This document shows positions 29,118 through 37,933 of a stretch of DNA of 64,000 bases, piece by piece (position 1 is the stretch's first letter; each line of letters begins with the position of its first letter). The position numbers and the translations under genes were made by a program. This DNA comes from an uncultured Bacteroidota bacterium (GTDB lineage: Bacteria > Bacteroidota > Rhodothermia > Rhodothermales > DATKEJ01). The DNA lies in contig CAVYJC010000002.1 of assembly GCA_963768715.1 (NCBI GenBank), positions 272,529 through 336,528 on the forward strand, read 5' to 3'. The notes under the pieces were generated by a model. That model did not search any database. It saw only the letters and a program-made list of their open reading frames with translations, and was not told where the DNA came from.

Positions 29118-30160
29118 ATGATGTTCGTTGTCGCAGTAGCGACGGTTGCCATGCTGGTATCTGGTTGCGACAGTAGCGTCGCGCCGAGCGAGACACTGGA
29201 GGCGACCGGTAAGATCGAGACACTGGAGGCGACCGGTAAGATGGGGTCGGTGCCTGGCCCTCCCCAGCTGCTGGTAACGGGGCTGGAGGGCGCCTCCGGC
29301 AGCGCGATCGGCCCCGACGGTGCCCTGTTTGTCACCGAGGGTGCAGTAGGCAGGATCTCGCGCGTTGATCCAAAGACCGGCGACGTGACTACATTCGCCA
29401 GCGGGCTGCCGCCCTCGATCGTCGGGATCGGCGGTGTCATCGATGTCGCCTTTCTCGACGAAACAGCGTACGCGCTCGTTACGCTCGTAGGTCCTCAGTT
29501 TGGCAGCGAGCGACATCGTCGGCATCTATCGGATAGACGGACCCGACAGCCATACCGTCGTCGCCGACATTGGCGCGTTCTCCCTCGCCAATCCGCCGAC
29601 CACCCCGTTCTTCGTTGACATGGGTGTGCAGTACTCGATTCAGACGTATCGCGGCGGTTTCCTGGTCACGGATGGGCATCACAACCGCGTGCTGCACGTC
29701 ACACTCGACGGGGAGATCACCGAGTTCAAAACGTTCGATAATATTGTTCCGACAGGGCTCGCTCGTCTCTGGTAACACCGTATACATGGCCGAAGCGGGG
29801 CCTGTACCTCACCTCCCAGAGGACGGCATGGTGGTGTCGTTCGGTCAGAAGTCGGCGACGGTCACCAAAGTCGCTTCCGGTGCGCGGTTGCTTGTCGATG
29901 TTGAGTTCGGCCGCGGCCGGACCCTCTTCGCTCTTTCGCAGGGTGTCTGGGACGGCGTGGCGCCGGGTTCGCCGGCGGAGCCAAATACCGGCTCACTCGT
30001 AAGGGTAGGGGCAGACGGTACGCTCAGCGCGATCACCACCGAACTGGATCGACCCACCTCACTCGAGTTCATCGGGAACACGGCCTACATCGTTACGCTC
30101 GGCGGTGAAGTCTGGACCATCGACAACGTCGCTGCTCCGCCGTTCGGCGCCTTCCACTGA
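29118..30160 (+). pseudogene. NHL/ScyD-like beta-propeller lipoprotein gene interrupted by two frameshifts
   Basis: Lipoprotein signal MMFVVAVATVAMLVSGCDS at 29118. The reading continues through ORFs 28914..29618, 29500..29775 and 29570..30160 (GPDGALFVTEGAVGRISRVDPKTGDV..., GIYRIDGPDSHTVVADIG..., FLVTDGHHNRVLHVTLDGEI..., GNTAYIVTLGGEVWTIDN). Confidence 0.5.
29190..29243 (+). repeat. 27-bp tandem duplication (26/27 identical) inside the propeller gene
   Basis: gagacactggaggcgaccggtaagatc / gagacactggaggcgaccggtaagatg, encoding ETLEATGKI ETLEATGKM. Confidence 0.95.
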
Positions 30161-30572
30161 GTTGTTCCGAACAGCACATGGCGTCCTCCGCTCGGGCGTG
30201 GACGCACCTTCGACAGGCGGTCTGCCAAGTGGCGGGCCGCCTATGTCGGCAATTAGACTTCAGGGCATCCCGTGGGCTCGCTTGATCTTCGACTCCGTGG
30301 CATCGGTTTTCTCACTGCTATGCCATGGCGGCGCCACGTCACCACCTCTCTTGCGCTGATCAGCCTGCTGTTTGCCGTTCACTTGACGCGGGCCCAGACG
30401 GTCCGATTCGAGCACATCATCCTCCATCGGTGCGCTTACACTCATCGCCACACCTCCGGAGCACCAAAGAGCTCGTCGTACTCCGACAGTACTGGACGCG
30501 GTGTCTGGAGCCCTTAAACCTGGTAGCTCAACGGGGTCGGGACACGCAGGCTCTTGACAACGCAGGGCACCC

Positions 30573-30602
30573 TCGGACCTCGGACTTAGGACTTCGGACC
30601 TC
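30573..30602. repeat. Tandem heptamers TCGGACY x4
   Basis: tcggacc tcggact taggact tcggacc. Confidence 0.85.
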
Positions 30603-30793
30603 ATTAAAAGTCAATTAGGGTCGTTACAGGGCTCGCTGAAATATGCTAATATCGCGCCGTTTACTCACGGACGTTCTGTGCAACGGAAGATCCGAACTTC
30701 ATCGCTCGGACGAAAGACGCCTAACGAAAGGAACGCGCCCAACATGAATCTCCCGCCACGGGTGGTCCCACAAGAATGTGACGGAGAGTTTCC

Positions 30794-32135
30794 ATGAGCT
30801 TGAATCGAATCGACCAAAGCAGGTCTCTGCTTGGTCTTGACAATAGCTTTAGGTTTACCTATAGTATCAGCTACGACGATCGGTCGCGAATTCAAACGAG
30901 TCTGCGGCCATTTTCACAGCCCCGCTTCCCCCGACCTATTACTCTCCGGCGAACGGAGCCACAGGTGTTGTCATCGCCCGTGTTGAGTTGAAGTTCAACA
31001 ACGCTGTCCGGCGCGCTGCGCTACAACGTTCAGGTGGCAACGGACGCCGGTTTCACCCACGTCGTATATCACTTGAACGTGCCTCACACCCCGGTCGAGC
31101 TTTACCGCACCGACTGCGGGCGCCACCTATTATTGGCGCGTACAGACCGGTGGGATCCGACCGAGACCGGGACAATTCGGCGCTGCGTGGAAGTTCACCG
31201 ACTGCATTCCCCGGTGCTGGCCGCGCCGACGCTGTTGACGCCGCTTAAACAGCGCCTACGGCGTCCCGCTAAGTCCGTGACTGTTGCGGTTCACGACTTG
31301 TAACAGGGTGCAACCCGCTATAACGTCGAGGTATGCGACCGATCGAAGGCGTTCATCGACTATGGTGTTCAAGACAAACGTACGCGCACAGCCGCGGTAG
31401 ACGTTCACGGCTGACGAACGCCGGCTTGTTACTACTGGCGTGTTCAGGCGGTGGGAGCTTCATTCATCGTCTAAATACAGCGCAATATGGAGTTTACTCG
31501 AATGCGGAGCAGAGATCTTCCTTCGTTGAGCGCACCTGTGCTGCTGACGCCGCTTGAATGGATCAGATGAATCAGCCGGTCTCGGTTGAACTGCGCTGCG
31601 CAGCGAGATCGAAGGAGCCGTTCGCGGTACAACATTCAGGTGGCTTCCGATTATGCGTTCCGCAACATCCTGTGGAAGTAACCAACGTGCCGCGCTGCCA
31701 GGCCAGGTTCAACGGCAAGGCCGGCACGCACTACTACTGGAGAGCGCAGTCGGAGAGCATGACGGAATCCTCGCTCTTCTCGGCTGCCATTCGGGTTTAC
31801 GATGATCTCGACGTCGAAGCCTCGAGCTTGAGCTGCGCGTGAGCTCGTTCGATGCCGCAGAGACGATTCCGACATCGTACACGCTGCATGAAAACTACCC
31901 GAACCCGTTCAATCCGAGCACGACTATCATGGTCGACGTCCCGGAAGCGACGCACATCAAACTGGCGGTCTATGATCTGCTCGGACAGGAGGTCATTCAA
32001 ATCGCTGCAGGCGATGTCGAAGCGGGCACCCACAGCTACACGATCGACGCCTCCGGCCTCTCGAGTGGTCTGTACCTGTACCGGATCGAGTCGGCAGCCT
32101 TCACGCAGACAAGGCGAATGATGCTTCTGAAATAG
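30794..32135 (+). pseudogene. FN3-like-repeat T9SS protein, paralogue 2, heavily degraded (multiple frameshifts and in-frame stops); only the CTD is intact
   Basis: The conserved leader gtgacggag precedes the ATG at 30794. Recognisable repeat fragments are scattered over all three frames (LRYNVQVATDAGFTHVV, APTLLTPL, HYYWRAQSE). An intact CTD ORF lies at 31839..32135 (ENYPNPFNPSTTIMVDVPEATHIKLAVYDLLGQEV...GLYLYRIESAAFTQTRRMMLLK). Confidence 0.7.
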
Positions 32136-32163
32136 TCCGAGGTCCGGGGTCCGGGGTCCGGAG
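32136..32163. repeat. Tandem heptamers TCCGRGG x4 after the stop codon
   Basis: tccgagg tccgggg tccgggg tccggag. Confidence 0.9.
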
Positions 32164-32257
32164 TCCATCTTGAATGACGGGTCGACGGGCGACCGAAGGG
32201 CGTGCCGCTGATCCTTCGGACCTCAGGATGACCGGGTCGTAATCGAAAAGGCCACAA

Positions 32258-32287
32258 GGGACGGCTCGTCGAAAGGCGGGCCGTCCC
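32258..32287 (+). terminator. Conserved 3' hairpin (copy 2)
   Basis: gggacggctcgtcgaaaggcgggccgtccc, identical to 28508 and 34098; followed by TATTTAG and GTCATTG-type heptamers (32292..32342). Confidence 0.55.
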
Positions 32288-32643
32288 TATTTAGTCATTG
32301 GACACTGGTCATTGGTTCACTGGTGAGTCGTGTCATTAGTCGATTTCCAGCTGGAAGAGCGGCAACCTTCGTCATGATTCGACTGGACTCATGACGACAT
32401 CTGGGATCGGACATCGGACCTCAAATACGTGAAGTCTGCTCGAAGATTGCATTATCTGCCGCGTGGACATATTGATATTCGCTATTTGCATCGTTAAGGT
32501 ATTGTTACCCACCAGTTACTCATGGGCGCTCTTGACTCGATCGCGTCGAGCTCATCGTCCAAAGCCGAAGGGCGAGTAACTAACGACAAGTTCGGCGCGA
32601 ATCTTCCGTCCGGGGCGTCCCATCAAAATGACGGAGGATTACC

Positions 32644-33975
32644 GTGAGACAGTTTATACGAACGGCCCAAGTCACCTTGAGCCTGGCATTCGCATTCATT
32701 TTCCTCATACCCCAACTGTCCCTCGCAGGGACTGCTGCAACGAACAACCCGGCTCCGCGGACGGCCGCATCCATGGCGTTTCTGGATCCACCCGCTACAC
32801 CGACATTGTTGACCCCGTTGAATGGGGCACATGAGGTTCCGGCGACGGTTCCGCTCAGATGGACCCAGGTTGACGGCGCGAGCCGATACAACGTACAGGT
32901 AGCAACCGATCACGCGTTCAGCTCGATCATTTGGTCCATGAACGTACCGAGGAGTCCTGTTTCGTTTACGGCGCCTGATCCGAACGGTACTTATTACTGG
33001 CGCGTGCAATCGACCGGGCCGGGCGGTATGTCGAAGTATTCCGCACCGTTCAGTTTCTCGAACGCAGCTGCGGACGAATGCACGCTCGCTTCACCTACGC
33101 TCCTGACTCCACTCAACGGCGCCCACGACGTCTCGAGTTCTGTCGCCTTGAGATGGTCGCCGGTAGATGGTGCAGACCGTTATAACGTCGAGGTGGCAAC
33201 CGACCAGCACATGAACAATATCGTGTTCGCGACCAACGTGCCAACGAGTCCGGTAACGTTCAACGTTCCGGACGGAGCGACGACCTTCTACTGGCATGTA
33301 CAGTCGGCCAATTCCGACGAAATGTGCGCGTACAGCCCGGTTTGGTGGTTCACCACTGGAGCCGAGGCTGATCGTGGAATCGTAGCACCTGTACTACTCA
33401 CACCACTGAACGGTGCTTCCGGCGTTGCAAGTCCGGTACCGCTGCGGTTTGCGCTGGTCGATGGCGCGACGCGCTATAACGTCCAAGTTGCAACAGACTA
33501 TGCGTTCAGTTCGATCATCTGGTCGACGAACGTGCCCAGGTCGCCAGTTGGCTTCACCGCACCCACTCCGGGTACGACGTACTACTGGCGTGCGCAGGCG
33601 GTGAATATGGATGAAATGTCGAGATACAGCAAGCCGTTCAGCTTTACGAGCGCCGGGTCAGCTGAAGCGGCGCGCGCAACGGATGAAGCCGCTGTCGGCA
33701 ACGACGTTGCGACCTCGATCGCCCTGCACAACAACTATCCAAACCCGTTTAATCCAAGCACAACGATATCGTTCGATGTTCCGCAAGAGACAAACATCAA
33801 GCTTGCGGTTTACGATCTGCTTGGCAACAAGGTCATGGATGTTGCATCCGGCACCGTGGAAGCAGGTACGCACAGCTACACGATCGACGCATCGGAGCTC
33901 CCCAGCGGAATGTATCTGTATAGGATCGAAGCTCCGGGCTTCGTGCAGACGAAGCGGATGACGCTTCTTAAGTAG
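32644..33975 (+). CDS. FN3-like-repeat T9SS-secreted protein, paralogue 3 (intact)
   Basis: 443-aa ORF. GGAGG at 32633-32637 lies 6 nt before a GTG start. Signal peptide MRQFIRTAQVTLSLAFAFIFLIPQLSLAG. Three ~97-aa repeats (PTLLTPLNGA.-V...LRW..VDGA.RYNV.VATD..F..I...TNVP.SPV.F..P...T.YYW..QS). CTD NNYPNPFNPSTTISFD...GMYLYRIEAPGFVQTKRMTLLK. Confidence 0.85.
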   Translation: MRQFIRTAQVTLSLAFAFIFLIPQLSLAGTAATNNPAPRTAASMAFLDPPATPTLLTPLNGAHEVPATVPLRWTQVDGASRYNVQVATDHAFSSIIWSMNVPRSPVSFTAPDPNGTYYWRVQSTGPGGMSKYSAPFSFSNAAADECTLASPTLLTPLNGAHDVSSSVALRWSPVDGADRYNVEVATDQHMNNIVFATNVPTSPVTFNVPDGATTFYWHVQSANSDEMCAYSPVWWFTTGAEADRGIVAPVLLTPLNGASGVASPVPLRFALVDGATRYNVQVATDYAFSSIIWSTNVPRSPVGFTAPTPGTTYYWRAQAVNMDEMSRYSKPFSFTSAGSAEAARATDEAAVGNDVATSIALHNNYPNPFNPSTTISFDVPQETNIKLAVYDLLGNKVMDVASGTVEAGTHSYTIDASELPSGMYLYRIEAPGFVQTKRMTLLK

Positions 33976-34010
33976 GTCCAACGTCCGGGGTCCGGGGTCC
34001 GAAGTCCGTC
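33976..34010. repeat. Tandem heptamers GTCCNNN x5 after the stop codon
   Basis: gtccaac gtccggg gtccggg gtccgaa gtccgtc. Confidence 0.9.
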
Positions 34011-34097
34011 TTGAATGACGGGACGACAGGCGACAGAGGGAATGCCGCCGATCCTTCGGACCTCAGGCCGACCGGCACTTGGCCAAAAGCCGAACAA

Positions 34098-34127
34098 GGG
34101 ACGGCTCGTCGAAAGGCGGGCCGTCCC
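34098..34127 (+). terminator. Conserved 3' hairpin (copy 3)
   Basis: gggacggctcgtcgaaaggcgggccgtccc followed by CATTTAG. Confidence 0.55.
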
Positions 34128-34131
34128 CATT

Positions 34132-34400
34132 TAGTCATTGGACACTGGACATTGGTCACTAGTGAGGTGTGGCAATCTACGCTGGATCCCTCTATCATGC
34201 TTCGGGACTCATGCACTGGGAGACCTCGGACATCGGACCCTACTAGTCATTGGACACTGGTCACTGGTCACTAGTGCGGTGTGGCGATCTACGCTGGATC
34301 CCCTCTATCATGCTTCGGGACTCACGCACTGGGAGACCTCGGACATCGGACCCTACTAGTCATTGGACACTGGTCACTGGGTGTCATTAGTCATTAGCGG
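34132..34400. repeat. Tandem repeat of a 112/113-bp unit (2.4 copies), itself starting with GTCATTG/GTCACTG heptamers and ending with GGACATC heptamers
   Basis: Units start at 34132, 34244 and 34357 (tagtcattggacactgg...ggtgtggc[a/g]atctacgctggatccc...gggagacctcggacatcggaccctac). Copies differ at a handful of positions. Confidence 0.9.
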
Positions 34401-34405
34401 TTATG

Positions 34406-34674
34406 TGCACAATGAAAGTGACCGGTCTTGTGCGCAAATGTGACGCCATAACCCTTGCCCGACCGTTATTAATCCCAGGCATGAATGCCCGGACTTAGTA
34501 TGGCGCCCCGTAAACGGGGCTTCGCCGCGGGCCCGCCGGAGAAGGCCGGTTTACCGGCCGCTGCTCCAAGGCCGGTCGTCTACGGCCGGCTGAGGAAATA
34601 ACCAGATGGTCTATTTTCTGAGTTACGTGACTTGGCCCATGCCCATGAGTTCGAGCGGTCACTTTCATTGTGCA
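34406..34674. mobile_element. 269-bp non-coding element bounded by perfect 19-bp inverted repeats (MITE-like, or a long-stem structured RNA)
   Basis: TGCACAATGAAAGTGACCG at 34406..34424 and its exact reverse complement CGGTCACTTTCATTGTGCA at 34656..34674. The interior is GC-rich with several local hairpins (ccccgtaaacgggg, ccggtttaccgg). GTCATTR-type heptamer tracts lie on both flanks, as if the element split one tract. Confidence 0.5.
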
Positions 34675-34772
34675 GACAGCTATTGGGCATTGGGTACTAG
34701 TCGTTAGTCACTCTACGGCTGAGGCACAGGGAGCGGAAGTGCCTTTGGCAAACGCCCAGACTGCCTCAAGAC

Positions 34773-34807
34773 GGACATCGGACATCGGACCTCGGACATC
34801 GGACCCT
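34773..34807. repeat. Tandem heptamers GGACMTC x5
   Basis: ggacatc ggacatc ggacctc ggacatc ggaccct. Confidence 0.9.
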
Positions 34808-34867
34808 GCTTGTCACCAGACGTTCGACCTTGCCCTTGGAGGTTCCGCGGGCGATCTTTTCCATGAC

Positions 34868-35878
34868 ATGTGGAACCGTTATCTCATCGCGTTGGTGATC
34901 GTGGCCGTTGTAGGGGTCGCCATCATTTATTTGCTCGCCGGTCGCGAACCGATCGTGGTCGATGACGCCGCACTCTTGAGTGGAAGTCAAAAGGCCTTCC
35001 TCACTGAATATCACAGTTATCTCCAAAAGGATCACGGCATCGACTACAGAGTGGTCACTACGACGAGCAGCGATCCGATCCTGGAACATGCGGTGGACCT
35101 CTACGACGAACTCAAAGTCGGCTCGAAGAGCGCCTGGGGTCGCGGCCTTCTTCTGGTGATCAATCCGAAACAGGACATGGTACGTCTCGAGGTCGGATAT
35201 ACCCTGGAGGCTACGTACCCCGATGCCTTCGTGGGCTACATTGAACGAGATCAGATGGTGCCGTTCTTCGCGGACGGCCGTGTCGCGGACGGCATCCTGG
35301 CGACAACTGAATTGATCGTCAACCGCGCGCAACGGGCCGACAGCGTCGGTGCAGATGAGACCTGGATGATGGGCTCGGGCGGCGGCGGCGCCGAGATGGA
35401 GGCCCGACTCGGGCGAGACGAGGCTTCGCCTCTCGATACAACCGCTGAGCGGGCGGTTTCGCCGGCCGCATCGCCCAATGAAGCCCTTGCCGCCTATTTG
35501 AGCGCCATGGGCTCCCGCAACACAAATCCGCATCTTACCATCTACTCTCCCGCCACGCAGGCCATGATGAAAGACCGAACCGTTTCGCCGGCGCAAATGG
35601 ACAATGTGGTTCGAACCGCCCGCGAGTGCACCTCCGACACACTGCGCTACGACGCTTCATCGACGCTGGCGGTCATTCGCTATCCGCCGGCCCAGCGCAA
35701 ATGCTCTCCCTGGTTCTTCGTCAAGGTGGATGGCCACTGGACCCTTGACCTGGCCTCCATGAGCCGGGCCATCCGGTTCGGGCGAACGAACGCGTGGCAT
35801 CGATCGGAGAAGGGATTTGGACACTACGCGTTCGCGTTTGACGACTGGACGTTCGACGAGAACGGGTTTCCCTTCTAG
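34868..35878 (+). CDS. TPM-domain (YgcG/TLP18.3-like) membrane-anchored protein with an uncharacterised C-terminal domain
   Basis: ORF 34670..35878. Start moved to the ATG at 34868 (MWNRYLIALVIVAVVGVAIIYLL = TM anchor) because the upstream part runs through the repeat tracts. TPM-like core GLLLVINPKQDMVRLEVGYTLEATYPDAFVGYIERDQMVPFFADGRVADGI. Confidence 0.65.
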   Translation: MWNRYLIALVIVAVVGVAIIYLLAGREPIVVDDAALLSGSQKAFLTEYHSYLQKDHGIDYRVVTTTSSDPILEHAVDLYDELKVGSKSAWGRGLLLVINPKQDMVRLEVGYTLEATYPDAFVGYIERDQMVPFFADGRVADGILATTELIVNRAQRADSVGADETWMMGSGGGGAEMEARLGRDEASPLDTTAERAVSPAASPNEALAAYLSAMGSRNTNPHLTIYSPATQAMMKDRTVSPAQMDNVVRTARECTSDTLRYDASSTLAVIRYPPAQRKCSPWFFVKVDGHWTLDLASMSRAIRFGRTNAWHRSEKGFGHYAFAFDDWTFDENGFPF

Positions 35879-35961
35879 ATCCGGCAGGTCATGTCAAAGT
35901 GTCGTCGCCTCGCGACCACACACTATGACAGGTTCTGCGTCATCCCAATGACTAGTGTCTG

Positions 35962-37932
35962 ATGACTGACGTCCGTGACCCTCTTCTCAGAATTTCGTGG
36001 TATTGTCTGACTGCAAGCCAGTCAACCATCGATGGGAAGCAAGACCATGAAATATTTGTCACGTTTGTCCATTCCGGCGTCATCACTTTGGCTAGAGTGT
36101 ATCTGCTCGCTGGGTTGTTGCCGGTCACGAGCGCCTTCGGGCAGAACGGGCATGTGTACTGGACGGAGTCGCAGGGTGGAAAGATTACCCGGGCCGAACT
36201 CGACGGGTCGAATGCCCTCGATATTGTTAAGGCTACGTTTGTGCTTGCCCAAGGCATGGCCATCGACGCGGAGGCGGGCAAAGTGTACTGGACCGACAAC
36301 GGTACCCAGAAGGTTCAACGCGCAAACCTGGACGGAACGGACATCGAAGACCTGTTCGTGGGAGAACACGCGCAGCTGGGCATGGCGATCGATCTAATCC
36401 ATGGGCATATGTACTGGGAAAACGGCGCGGAGATTTGGAGGGCCAATCTCGACGGAACCGACGCCGATTCCGTCCTTGCTCTCGAAGGTCCGTTCTATTC
36501 CGGAATCTTCGATATTGCACTGGACGTCGACGGCGAGAAAATGTACTGGGCGGTTGGAAAGAAGGTCCAGCGTTCCAACCTGGATGGGACCGGTGTTGAA
36601 GACGTCATCGTTTCAGACGGAACATCTATTCCACGGCATGTTGCCCTCGATGTCGCCGCGGGTAAGCTCTACTGGACTAATAACCAGTCGCAAATCAAAC
36701 GCGCCAATCTCGATGGATCAGACCCTGAAGACTTCTTCTCTGACTCGTACGGCAAGAACGGTCTCGGCGTGGATCCACGGGCGGGTAAACTCTACTGGAC
36801 CAGCACCGATTCTAAGATCAGGCGCTCGAATCTGGATGGAACCGACGTCGAGGAGGTTGGAACGACAACCCGTTACCCGTTCGCGTTTACGCTTGATCCA
36901 CTGAACAATCGAATGTACTGGACGACCTCACGTGCCATTCAGCGCGCACATCTTGACGGCTCTGACGTCCAAGATCTGATCACCACTCCTGTTGCTGAGC
37001 CACAGCAGCTTTCTGTTGACAAGGTGAACGGCAAGTTGTACTGGATCGATGGTTACGGCCGCATGATCCAGCGAGCCAACCTCGACGGTACTGACATCGA
37101 GGATGTCATCGTCTTGCCATCAAATCCCAGATCCATGACGATAGATGATGGGAAGATCTACTGGGTGTACGGAAGCCACATGTACCGAGCCAATCTCGAC
37201 GGCACCGAAACAGAGGACCTCGTTTCCGGCCTGGGGTTCGTTACTGGCCTGGTGCTCGATCTGCGGAACGCAAAGCTGTACTGGATCATCAGCGGCAAAA
37301 TTCAGCGCGCCAACCTCGACGGCACTGTGGTCGAGGATGTGTTGACGGATTTGTCAGGTCCGAGTGGCCTGGCGATTGACCTGGAGAACGACCTCATCTA
37401 CTGGGGTAGGACTGGAGGTATCCAGCGCGCCGGCCTAAATGGAGGCGCTGTCGAAGACGTTGTCGGCGACCTGAGTCTTCCCTATGCGCTTGCAGTAGAT
37501 ACAGATGGAGGCAAGTTGTATTGGACAGATATTAATAGAAACAAGGTTCAGCGTGCCAATCTTGACGGATCAGAGATCGAAGATCTCGCGACGGAGTTGC
37601 AGAGTCCGTGGGGGATCGCCCTCGATCAGGCAATGAGTACGGCGGTGCAGGATGATATTTCGATCCCCCAGGAGGTTACTCTCGAGCCAAACTATCCCAA
37701 TCCTTTCAATCCTGCGACGACTTTAGCGTACGATCTGCCCGACGCAGCGAACGTCAAGCTCGTCGTCCTCGATGCGCTGGGCCGGGTCGTCGAGTCATTA
37801 GTCAATGGTCATCAGTCATTGGGCCAACACGCGGTTCGGTGGGACGCAACAGGAGTACCGAGTGGCGTCTATTTCTACCGGCTGGAGGCAGACGGCTTCG
37901 TCAAGACGCGGTCGATGCTATTGGTGGAATGA
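35962..37932 (+). CDS. T9SS-secreted protein with 12 YWTD (LDL-receptor class B-like) blades, i.e. two 6-bladed beta-propellers
   Basis: Twelve ~43-aa units of the form G.KLYWTD....IQRANLDGTD.EDL., then CTD EPNYPNPFNPATTLAYDLPDAANVKLVVLDALGRVV...GVYFYRLEADGFVKTRSMLLVE. The start is uncertain: the best signal peptide needs MKYLSRLSIPA (ATG at 36047, other frame) joined to ITLARVYLLAGLLPVTSAFGQ, implying another 1-nt indel near 36075-36085. Confidence 0.75.
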   Translation: MTDVRDPLLRISWYCLTASQSTIDGKQDHEIFVTFVHSGVITLARVYLLAGLLPVTSAFGQNGHVYWTESQGGKITRAELDGSNALDIVKATFVLAQGMAIDAEAGKVYWTDNGTQKVQRANLDGTDIEDLFVGEHAQLGMAIDLIHGHMYWENGAEIWRANLDGTDADSVLALEGPFYSGIFDIALDVDGEKMYWAVGKKVQRSNLDGTGVEDVIVSDGTSIPRHVALDVAAGKLYWTNNQSQIKRANLDGSDPEDFFSDSYGKNGLGVDPRAGKLYWTSTDSKIRRSNLDGTDVEEVGTTTRYPFAFTLDPLNNRMYWTTSRAIQRAHLDGSDVQDLITTPVAEPQQLSVDKVNGKLYWIDGYGRMIQRANLDGTDIEDVIVLPSNPRSMTIDDGKIYWVYGSHMYRANLDGTETEDLVSGLGFVTGLVLDLRNAKLYWIISGKIQRANLDGTVVEDVLTDLSGPSGLAIDLENDLIYWGRTGGIQRAGLNGGAVEDVVGDLSLPYALAVDTDGGKLYWTDINRNKVQRANLDGSEIEDLATELQSPWGIALDQAMSTAVQDDISIPQEVTLEPNYPNPFNPATTLAYDLPDAANVKLVVLDALGRVVESLVNGHQSLGQHAVRWDATGVPSGVYFYRLEADGFVKTRSMLLVE

Positions 37933-37933
37933 G

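Noticed and set aside
34670-34867. The N-terminal 66 aa of ORF 34670..35878 (MQTAIGHWVLVVSHSTAEAQGAEV...).
   Set aside because: This stretch is a translation of the heptamer tracts and the right end of the inverted-repeat element. A proper TM anchor begins at the ATG at 34868.
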